NCBI GenBank assembly: GCA_032718475.1
Contig: JAUCBJ010003949.1
Span: forward strand, 42 to 64,041
From: Nemertoderma westbladi
Lineage: Eukaryota; Animalia; Xenacoelomorpha
Reading direction: 5' to 3'
Length of the DNA: 64,000 nucleotides
A program made the translations under genes and the position numbers. The notes below the pieces were generated by a model, which was not told the DNA's origin, searched no databases, and was given only the letters and a program-made list of their open reading frames with translations. Shown piece after piece: positions 47,612 to 57,748 of the stretch (within the stretch, counting starts at the first letter, position 1; every line of letters begins with the position of its first letter).

Positions 47612-48890
47612 GTACTAGTTCGCCATGTCGACACCACCGACCTATTTCTTTTACTATGGTTTTTTTTTATAATTTTTGAAGTGGAAATACTAGAAAAATA
47701 CTTTTTCAAATTAAAAAAATATAATTAATTTATAAATTATTTATTTATTTATATTTATAAATTAATTTTATATACTGGTACTATTTTGTAACTAATGTAA
47801 ATGTACTATATATCTACTAAAAGATAATTATATTATTTTTTTTTTTAAATGCTAGCTAGTACGGTAGGTATATTCTGAAATTATAAAAACATCTTATTAA
47901 CCAACCAAAAAAAAACGAACAAATACTAGCTACTTTAATAAATAATATCTACTAATGTTCTAGAGCACGGTACTACTAGCATGTGTGTCAAATTTTTAAT
48001 GATTTTTATGATGTATTTTATGACAAATTTTCACTTATATTTATATATTATGGTCGATTGTATAAATGATTTTTGTTAAGAACACATTTTTTTGTTCTAG
48101 CACACACACACATTTTTTTGTTCTAGAACATTTCTTGGGAAAAAATTAAATAGTACAGAAATCATCATACAACCCTTACAAAAAATCAATAAAAATTTGT
48201 GAGACATATGCTACATAGTAGTACCCTAGAGCACTTACCAATATCAAAAATCCGAAAAAAATTAATATTTTGCAAATTTTAAAAAATACTAGCTAATAAA
48301 AAAAAAACTAGATACCATAAAAAAATATCTAGTAATTGTTTATATGTTTTAACATCCATAAGTTGTATAAATTATTAAGTAATTTAAACAGTACTTAGGA
48401 TGATCCAATTCTATAGCAAATGGGGCGGAAATGCCTCTATGGTTATTGGTCAGCATACCCGAACGTTTATCTTGAGACGCGGGTCCGATCCCCGCTGGTG
48501 GCGAATTCATTTTTTCCGCTCTATTTGCTATATGGTTGGATCATCCTAAGTCCTGTTTAAATTACTTAATAATATCTAGCAATGTTCCAGAACATTCACC
48601 AATATCAATAAAGACAACAATAACACCAATAAAATCACAAAGGTTCTTACAAATTTGTTATACTTTACTAATACCGGTTATACATACTATATACTAGTAC
48701 CCTATTAATTCATAAAATCAAAAAAATGAGTATAAAAATAATGTCTGGTATCTTATATTTTATTGTTAAATTTATATTTATAAAAACGTTCCAGAATTTT
48801 TTTCTGTAGCCTTTTTAAGAGGTCTAGAACATAGTTCTAGAAACTTGGTATACAATACCGCCAAATGTTCGTAAATCGTGAACGAAACAT
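47612..48890. mobile_element. AT-rich dispersed repeat rich in TTCTAGAA; related copy at ~26440-26870
   Basis: Shared start TA.TTCGCC.TGTCGACACC (26442 and 47616) and shared ACCATAAAAAA..TCTA..AA.GTTC.AGAACATTCAC.AATAT segment. Boundaries are approximate. Confidence 0.55.
48337..48570 (+). mobile_element. tRNA-like short element with inverted 5' segment and tail (Penelope-type insertion structure)
   Basis: TSD AATATCTAG(T/C)AAT (48324-48336 and 48571-48583); 61-bp inverted arms 48371-48431 / 48513-48573; unpaired extension 48337-48370; tRNA-like core 48433-48503 followed by T6. Confidence 0.75.
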
Positions 48891-48966
48891 ACAAATATAA
48901 GAACTGGCTACTATTATCTATTATACATCTTGTTAAGTAATCCACGAATTTAACAATGAAACAACA

Positions 48967-49110
48967 TATTATATTGTGTATAATGTACCTTTATCTCACT
49001 TCGGTCCCGCGTTTCAATATTTCACTCACTCACTCGCTTCGCTCGTTCGTGTAAATATTAACACACGGGACCGGTTTGATATAAAGTTCTACATTATACA
49101 AAATATAATA
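48967..49110. repeat. Foldback palindromic element centred on CACTCGCTTCGCTCGT
   Basis: Arms TATTATATTGTGTATAATGTA...CGGTCCCG / CGGGACCG...TACATTATACAAAATATAATA. Confidence 0.8.
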
Positions 49111-49745
49111 AATAGTTCATATTTAGTTGTTTTATTACGTGTAATTTGTTTTATATGGTACCTATGTACAGTACTACAGTATATAAATATAATGTAATAT
49201 ACATGTTACATGTTACATGTATTGTTGATGTAATAAACGTGTGTTTTTTGGTTTGCTAGCATTTTTGGTTGTTTTGAAAATAAAATAAATTTAACTAAAG
49301 TTATTTTTTTTATATTTGGGCATCAACATATTTTTGACCATAACTTCGCTAGTTTTGATCGCGGGGAGCTGATTTTGGGCTCATTTTGTTCGGAATAAAA
49401 TACCTATCCCCTTTATTGTGTGCAAAAGTGCGGACAATAAAGAAATAAAGAAATGTTCCAATCAATCTTCCAAAAATGCGGATTATAAAATATTTATCCA
49501 ATCAACGATCTAGAAGTTTATTCTGTTGATTTCTCATTATTTATTCTAGATCAGTAATTACGTTGGTAATTGTTAATCAATTTAGCATTAAAAAGTTGCA
49601 TGATAGTTTGCTCAAGTAGGGCCTAGCTAGTTTAATCACACAATCATTTAACATTTAATTACACAAAATTTCAGAATTGACCACAAATTTGCGATTACTT
49701 TGTTACTTTAAACTTCTAATTTAGAATATTTTAAAGAAAACAACA

Positions 49746-49917
49746 TCTTTTACAAAATGAAAGTATTTTTTTGTCCTGCTTAATCCGCATGTCCTAGAAA
49801 TAGTTAAGGCATTTTTTCCTCGCCCTTCGGCCTAGAAAAAAATATGGTTTAACTATTCCTCGACAATGCGGATTATAAAATCGGACAAAGAAATTCTATT
49901 TTCTATTTGTAAGAAGA
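49746..49917. repeat. Foldback palindromic element centred on CTCGCCCTTCGGCCTAG
   Basis: Arms TTACAAA...TTGTCC..TAATCCGCAT..AATAGTTAA / TTAACTATT..ATGCGGATTA..GGACAA...TTTGTAA. Confidence 0.75.
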
Positions 49918-50234
49918 AGTACAGTATATAGATATTTTTAAAGTCCACTTCACAATTTTATGATTTTGTTATGTTTTCTCATTCAAAAACGCTGTGATGA
50001 AATACAATTTAAAAAAATTACGATCCAACATTCGAGATTTTACACTCTAATATAATAATTTCTAAAATATATTGGTTTAAGGGTTTTTATTTCACGGCAT
50101 ACCAATAATTACGTCCCAAATACATCAAATCGTTGTTTTTCTATAATAATTATCGGAATCGTTTAATGTTTAGTTTGACGTGGTTTAATTATAACAGATA
50201 TTTATTTTTAATATTTCCATGAAACCTATTGCAT

Positions 50235-50590
50235 TTGTGGTTGCAGAAGGACCATTATGGTTGCAGACAGACCATTATGGATGCAGACAGACCATTATGG
50301 TTGCAGACAGACCATTATGGTTGCAGACAGACCTATTATCATTGCAGACAGACCATTATGGTTGCAGACAGACCATTATGGTTGCAGCAGACCATTGTGG
50401 TTGCAGACAGACCATTATGGTTGCAGACAGACCATTATGGTTGCAGACAGACCATTATGGTTGTAGACAGACCATTATGGTTTCAGACTGACCATTGTAT
50501 TTGCAGACAGACCATTAGGGTTGCAGGCAGACCATTATGGTTGCAGACAGACCCTTATGGTTGCAGACAGACCATTATGGTTGCAGACAT
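50235..50590 (+). repeat. 20-bp tandem repeat, about 18 copies
   Basis: GGTTGCAGACAGACCATTAT. Confidence 0.95.
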
Positions 50591-50739
50591 GATTATATAA
50601 TGTAGACCGAGGCTTGTCAGCTGTCCAGCTAGCTAAATGTATTTATTTGAGATTTGAGATTCCGTATTAAAAAATAGTAAATATTATACGTCGTAAACAT
50701 TGATAACGCTGGTGATACTTTTTTTCAAATAAAACAATA

Positions 50740-50985
50740 TATTCGATATAAAAACGTAACGGAAAACACTATTTTCCACTCATTTTCTTTAGCGAAATTC
50801 AGTTATTCTGCCCTCGTGTGTTGAGTTTTCCACTCGTTGGCATTTTAACACTCGCTTCGCTCGTGCTAAAAACCTGCCAACTCTTGTAAAACTCAACCAC
50901 TCGGACAGAATATTTGAATTTCGCTAAATTGAAATTGAGTGAAAAAAGCCTCGGTGTTTTACGCTTACTTTTTTTTTATCGAATA
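50740..50985. repeat. Foldback palindromic element centred on CACTCGCTTCGCTCGTG
   Basis: Arms TATTCGATA...TTTAGCGAAATTCA...TTGAGTTTT..GTTGGCA / TGCCAAC..AAAACTCAA...TGAATTTCGCTAAA...TATCGAATA. Confidence 0.85.
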
Positions 50986-51002
50986 ATAGTCATTTAATTA
51001 TT

Positions 51003-51742
51003 TGTGTGGAAGTCTTCGTACTGGGCATTATGTATTCGCCATGGTACCAGAGATCTCCCCGAAGGACTACACCATCTTTTGTAAGTTTATATATATTTTC
51101 GAGTCCTACCCAAAAGGTCTCTTCTATGTCACCGAAGCCTGATCGATAGTTCTACCAATCTTTATAGAAATCCTCGGAAGCGTCTACCCGTCTCTGTATT
51201 ACAACCCAAGGTTCACCAGGCACTTTGGTATCGCATCTGATAAATCCTCGAAGACCGTAATGGTGGTTGACTATAGCGGTGGTGTTTGCTGGAGTGTTTG
51301 GACAAACTAACGAAGAATGGTGCCGCAATCTTTCGTCAATATTTTCTGATAAATTGTCATCCATTCCGTTATTGTTATCTGTGAGTTTATTAATCTTTTT
51401 TGTTATGTCGTCTAATTCGTTATTCTTGGCTGTGAGTTTGTCGTTCAAGTCACGAATCTGTTCAGTAAACTTCTGTTGAAGTAAATAAGACGAAGCTGCT
51501 ATCGTCGCCCCCACCACCAACAACGCAACCAACAACACACCAATAATAACCACAACCCACCATCTTCTAGCTGAAACAACACGTCCCTCATTAACGCTAT
51601 CTCCTATATTCTGTGAGGACTGTGACGTGGTTGGTGAGGAAATTATCTTACCCGGTATGACGTCATAAACGCCTTCCTGATGATCTGGGATTTCATCCAA
51701 TGGTATCTCTGTTGTATCGCTATAGATTCCATTATGGGCCAT
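51003..51742 (-). pseudogene. Intronless type II transmembrane fibrinogen-related (FReD) protein gene, disabled
   Basis: Cytosolic N-terminus, TM (WWVVVIIGVLLVALLVVGATIAA), coiled coil, then FIRCDT...WVVIQRRVDASEDFYKDW* continuing past the TAG (51152-51154) as NYRSGFGDIEETFWVGLENIYKLT; then a frameshift (NAQYEDF) and truncation near 51000. Confidence 0.85.
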
Positions 51743-51909
51743 GATGAACAGTTAGTTCCGAAGAGTAAAATTCCGAAATCCTAAATGTACTAAGAACTAC
51801 TTAATAACTACTTGTGATAAATAATACTTTGTGTAAAGTAGCACAAATAAAGCCCCGAGGATCAGAACACTGTAAAGTACTTTGGAACAAGTATGTATAT
51901 AGTCTATAG

Positions 51910-52306
51910 TCTGGATGGCACATTCACAAGAATGCTACGCCGGGTACATTGTGTCAAGTACAATGCACACATCTCCAACCAGACACTATATAACATTGGA
52001 GGTATCTCATTGGTTCCCCCAAGCTTGACACTAGAACAAAATCGCCTCCGCTTTGCAGGACATTGCTTTCGCCGTGAGGACCAGCCAGTGCATAATCTTG
52101 TACTTTGGCAGCCTCATGGAGTGAATAAGCATGGTGGACAGCCTATGACTTTCTTGAGACGCATCTTAAAGGACACTGGCCTTAAAGATGCGGATGATCT
52201 AGCAAATGTCATGGGTGATAGGGAGTTGTGGCGGTGCAATTTTGTTGACAAGCCGGCACAGCATTCTTAAAAATGCAGCTGCAATGCAGCATGCCGATCA
52301 TAGTAG
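51910..52306 (+). mobile_element. Short 3' fragment of the young RTE family
   Basis: Near-identical to ~18024-18420; ends in TAGTAG. Confidence 0.95.
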
Positions 52307-52559
52307 TATGTAGTCTTATAGTTATAGTCTTATAGTCTTTATAGTTATAGCACCATTTTTAACCTTACTTTTGGCACTTTTTTTTGAGACATTTTATTTT
52401 GAAAATTACATTGTATGAAACATGATTTGTAACATCTCTATTTTTTATTTACACCGGTTTATTCCGGTATATATTACACCGGTCATATAAATTAATAATT
52501 AATAATACAAATTAAAAAAAAACCACCTACAGTTATCGTCTATCGATTGACCCATATAT

Positions 52560-53208
52560 CAAAAATTATTCAATTTGGACAAAGCCTTGTTACCATTGGT
52601 TTTCATTGACTTTGTTAAAAAAGCGCTACCCCCCATTAAGATCTTCTCTCTTACAAGTAACCTCAGAGTTTTGCCATGGCACATCTGTTTTCGTTTGGAT
52701 TTCTGGGGGATATGCCTCTTAGCTGATTCCTTGTGGGCTGTTATTATATTCTGGTATATTGAATCGGTAGACTGGTGTTCATCCATTGACTGAAGTGCTT
52801 CAAAGCGGTTTTGAACTTCTACTGTATAAGCATCCTTTACAGCATTGTCATTTCTGAGTTTCTCCCAGTCATAGTTGATTTGCTTGCTTGTCCTGGGTTT
52901 GATGGCTGTCAAACTGAGTCTGATCTCTGCAGTCACAATTCTGTGGTCCGAAGCAATTAGGTTGAACGAGCTGTATGCCTCGCAGTTGATCATGCTGTTT
53001 CTCCACGTTTGTTGATAAGGATGTAATATAAACCACGGAGTAATGTAAATCATGGAGTTTATATACCAAGCCCTAAACTTGTTAGAATTCTAGATAGCCT
53101 TCTTACGTGTCCCTGCAACCTCCTATGAAATACCTGGTTCGTTTGTTTCCCCTTTACTGTAACTCACTCTATATCACCCCACTCGCTCCACTCACCCCAT
53201 GTGTTAGT
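52560..53208 (-). mobile_element. Second RTE-like LINE family: 5' leader fused to the endonuclease C-terminus
   Basis: WRNSMINCEAYSSFNLIASDHRIVTAEIRL...YDWEKL...EVQNRFEAL (AP endonuclease SDH motif); paralogous to 57075-57957. Confidence 0.8.
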
Positions 53209-54114
53209 TTAACTGTTCCGCTAGCAGGATGAGCTGTTCGGAATGCTCTGGTGCACACGAGATCGGAGACACTGGCGTTAGTTTAACGAGTTTAGGCACT
53301 GGAGGCGCTCGCCTTTTAGCCTTAGCTAACATTTTTTGGGCTCCTCCGGAAGCAGAAGCCATGAGTAATAAAATATAAATTGTAAATGTTTTTTTTAACG
53401 AATAATTTTCCAACTGTTAAGCTCTTTCAAAGTCCTGTTTAATTAACTGACAGTTTTTAAGGAATTATTTAATATTCATTGTAAAATGATACCATATTAT
53501 CTATCAGTTGAAAGTATAAGTTTTCACTAATTAAATTAAAATATTTTAGCATCGGAATTTAAATGGTTGATAATGATAACTTAAATATTATTTATTAGTT
53601 GGTATTGCAAAGCTGCTACGGTAGCGGTGGCTCTATCCGTGCGTCACTTTTTCATTTATCTATTTGTAATTATTGGATGTTCATCTTCAACAACAACTTT
53701 TAACTAAATAAGTTAATAAACCATGAAAGTATTTTTGTTACATTATGTAAACTAATTATATATAACTATATCTATTATAGTACATATCGATACTATATCT
53801 AATATAAATAAATATAGTCATAGATAATTATATATAACTTATTATATATCAGCACTCTTTGGAGATATCCTCGTACCACAGAAAAGCACTTAGTAACTTT
53901 AGTAACAATAAACTTCTGGAACACGTCGAGAATATTCTCCATTGATAATAGCGGGGCCATTGTAGGCTGGCTAAGTAAGGGTAAGATTACTTACCGTACA
54001 GTTGTTACAGTAACTGATATTACTTTACTATATTAAAAATAAAAAGGGTATGAATTTCATAAATATTCCTAAACATTACAAAAGCTAGTAAGTTGATATA
54101 ATATAACAAAATAG

Positions 54115-54232
54115 CTTACACCATCGACCTTACACCATCGACCTTACACCATCGACCTTACACCATCGACCTTACACCATCGACCTTACACCATCGACCT
54201 TACAACATCGACCTTACACCATCGACCTTACA
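54115..54232 (+). repeat. 14-bp tandem repeat, about 8 copies
   Basis: CTTACACCATCGAC. Confidence 0.95.
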
Positions 54233-54451
54233 TAACCATTTTATCTTAAATCAAATGGTAACTTTTCTTCTCCGTCTCATGAGAAAATGACACTATTACG
54301 GGTCATGGTGTATACATTTCTATTTCTAAAAAAATAAAAATATATTTTTAAATAAACTAAATAAAATTTCTAAAATGTATATTTTTAAAATTTATATTTT
54401 TGTCATCATTTTTTCTTGAATTTTAATCAGCTGAATTTCAGAGGATTACGT

Positions 54452-56635
54452 GAGACATAGGGAAACTGTGGTCGCTGTAACTGAACGAGGGGAGACATAG
54501 GGAAACTGTAAGGGTCGCTGTAACTGAACGAGGGGAGACAGGGAAACTGTGAGGGTCGCTGTAACTGAACGGGGGGAGGCCTAGGGAAACTGTAAGGGTC
54601 GCTGTAACTGAACGAGGGGAGACATAGGGAAACTGTAAGGGTAGCTGTAATTGAACGAGGGGAGACAGGGAAACTGTAAGGGTCGCTGAAACTGAACGAG
54701 GGGAGACAGGGTAACTGTAAGGGCCGCTGTAACTAAACGAGTGGAGACATAGGGAAACTGTAAGGGTCGCTGTAACTGAACGATGGGAGACATAGGGAAA
54801 CTGCATGGGACGCTGTAACTGAACGAGGGGAGACATAGGGAAACTGAAAGGGTCGCTGTAACTGAACGAGGGGAGACAGGGTAACTGTAAGGGTCGCTGT
54901 AACTGAACGAGGGGAGACATATGGAAACTGTAAGGGTAGCTGTAATTGAACGAGGGGAGACAGGGAAACTGTAAGGGTCGCTGAAACTGAACGAGGGGAG
55001 ACAGGGTAACTGTAAGGGCCGCTGTAACTAAACGAGTGGAGACATAGGGAAACTGTAAAAGTCGCTGCAACTGAACGGGGGGAGACAGGGAAACTGTAAG
55101 GGTCGCTGTAACTGAACGAGGGGAGACAGGGTAACTGTAAGGGCCGCTGTAACTAAACGAGTGGAGACATAGGGAAACTGTAAAAGTCGCTGCAACTGAA
55201 CGGGGGGAGACAGGGAAACTGTAAGGGTCGCTGTAACTGAACGAGGGGAGACATAGGGAAACTGTAAGGGTCGCTGTAACTGAACGATGGGAGACATAGG
55301 GAAACTGCATGGGACGCTGTAACTGAACGAGGGGAGACATAGGGAAACTGAAAGGGTCGCTGTAACTGAACGAGGGGAGACAGGGTAACTGTAAGGGTCG
55401 CTGTAACTAAACGAGTGGAGACATAGGGAAACTGCAAAAGTCGCTGCAACTGAACGGGGGGAGACAGGGAAACTGTAAGGGTCGCTGTAACTGAACGATG
55501 GGAGACATAGGGAAACTGCATGGGACGCTGTAACTGAACGAGGGGAGACATAGGGAAACTGAAAGGGTCGCTGTAACTGAACGAGGGGAGACAGGGTAAC
55601 TGTAAGGGTCGCTGTAACTGAACGACGGGAGACAGGGAAACTGTAAGGGTCGCTGTAACTGAACGAGGGGAGACATAGGGAAACTGTAAGGGTCGCTGTA
55701 ACTGAACGAGGGGAGACATAGGGAAACTGGGTCGCTGTAACTGAATGAGGGAAGACAGGGGAACTGTAAGGGTCGCTGTAACTGAACGAGGGGAGACATA
55801 TGTAAACTGTAATGGTCGCTGTAACTGAATGAGGGAAGACAGGGGAACTGTAAGGGTCGGTGTAACTGAACGGGGGGAGACAGGGAAACTGTAAGGGTCG
55901 GTGTAACTGAACGGGGGGAGACAGGGAAACTGTAAGGGTCGCTGTAACTGAACGGGGGGAGACATAGGGAAACTGGGTCGCTGTAACTGAACGAGGGTAG
56001 ACATAGGGAAACTGGGTCGCTGTAACTGAACGAGTGGAAGACAGAGGGAAACTGTAAGGGTCGCTGTAACTGAACGAGGGGAGACATAGGGAAACTGTAA
56101 GGGTCGCTGTAACTGAACGAGGGGAGACATAGGGAAACTGTAAGGGTCGCTGTAACTGAACGAGGGGAGACATAGGGAAACTGTAAGGGTCGCTGTAACT
56201 GAACGAGGGGAGACGTAGGGAAACTGAAAGGGTCGCTGTAACTGAACGATGGGAGACATAGGGAAACTGTAAGGGTCGCTGTAACTGAACGAGGGGAGAC
56301 ATAGGGAAACTGTAAGGGTCGCTGTAACTGAACGAGGGGAGGGTAGACAGAGAAACTGTAAGGGTCGCTGTAACTGAACGAGGGGAGACGGGGAAACTGT
56401 AAGGGTCGCTGTAACTGAACGAGGGGAGACATAGGGAAACTGTAAGGGTCGCTGTAACTGAACGAGGGGAGGGTAGACAGAGAAACTGTAAGGGTCGCTG
56501 TAACTGAACGAGGGGAGACGGGGAAACTGAAAGGGTCGCTGTAACTGAACGATGGGAGACATAGGGAAACTGTAAGGGTCGCTGTAACTGAACGAGGGGA
56601 GACATAGGGAAACTGTAAGGGTCGCTGTAACTGAA
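54452..56635. repeat. 2.2-kb minisatellite, 41-43 bp unit, about 50 copies
   Basis: GAGACA(TA)GGGAAACTGTAAGGGTCGCTGTAACTGAACGAGGG with recurring variant blocks. Confidence 0.97.
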
Positions 56636-57362
56636 ATCAAGCCGATATAAGGGATGGCTTGAGATTCAAGAAAAAAATGTTGATCCTTTTCAAGTTGGTC
56701 AACAGCTGGTAATCCACGGCGACGCATTCCTTGTGTTGGTTGCCAGAAAAGTAGAAGTCTTTACTTCTCCAGCAGTGCCCACTGAATCTTAACTTGCATT
56801 CACGGAGGGTGGTTGATACAGGTGGTATACAACCATAAAGCTCGGCGTTTGTCATGTGATGTCTACAGCTGATGTTTAGAGATGCCCTTAGTATTCTAGT
56901 CTTGTGTAACAACCATCAATTCGTTGGTCAAGTGAATTCGTCAGTGTCCAGGTCTCACCACCGTATAAGACTTTCCTATTACAACTAGAACACTGTGGCC
57001 AGAAGAGCTTGGTCTTCAGGTTCCTGGAGATGTCTGATTTCCAGATGGTATCCATTTTGATAGAGCTAGTGAATTCGCTTGCTTGTCCTGGGTTTGCTGC
57101 CTCTTCAACTTAGTGTGATCTCTGCAGTCACAATTCTGTGGTCCGAAGCAATTAGGTTGAACGAGCTGTATGCCTGGCAGTTAATCATGCTGTTTCTCCG
57201 CTTTTGTTGATAAGGATGTAATATAAATAAATTGGAGATGAGCTGTTGCAACTCTAATTAAAGGTGTAATATTATGGGAATATATGCAACTTAAGACTGC
57301 CCGTTCAATAGAAGTGGATTACGTGGGACTGTGAGTGTCAGGGGCTAGTGGCTGAGCTGGTT

Positions 57363-57401
57363 AGCGCTACTGATGTCAGGCCGAAACGTACGTATAGCGC
57401 T
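57363..57401 (+). ncRNA. Defective hammerhead copy (7-nt deletion removing the last core A and one strand of stem II)
   Basis: AGCGCTA CTGATG [AGGCCTG missing] TCAGGCC GAAACGTACGTA TAGCGCT. Confidence 0.8.
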
Positions 57402-57702
57402 GGCTCAACCCCTGTTGACGCGCTTTCTCATTTTTTTCCACTTCTGAACAAACACATAATATTACACCTTTAATTACAGTTGCAACAGCTCATCTCCAAT
57501 TTATTTGATTAATATCACCTGGCAGCAATACTCGAGCTGAATATTTATTTATTTGTACTTCCCTCCTGTTTCACTCTACTAGCATACTTGAGGCCGGTAG
57601 GTCCGCTGTTAGAGATAGAATATATGCAACTTAAGATTGCCCTTTCAATAGAAGTGGATTAGGTGGGAGTGTGAGTGTCAGGGGCTAGTGGCTGAGCTGG
57701 TT

Positions 57703-57748
57703 AGCGCTACTGATGAGGCCTGTCAGGCCGAAACGTACGTATAGCGCT
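57703..57748 (+). ncRNA. Minimal type I hammerhead ribozyme
   Basis: Stem I AGCGCTA/TAGCGCT; core CTGATGA (57710-57716); stem II GGCCT-GTC-AGGCC; GAAA; palindromic stem III ACGTACGT; GTA cleavage triplet 57739-57741. Confidence 0.92.

Noticed and set aside
50219-50600. Cys/His-containing repeat ORFs (QTDHYGCR)
   Set aside because: The 20-bp unit is not a multiple of three and gives the same peptides in all frames.
53204-53413. 69-aa minus-strand ORF next to the LINE leader
   Set aside because: Short, no recognisable domain, and ends at the LINE boundary; cannot be assigned.
54438-56727. 300-525 aa minus-strand ORFs
   Set aside because: Translations of the 41-43 bp minisatellite.
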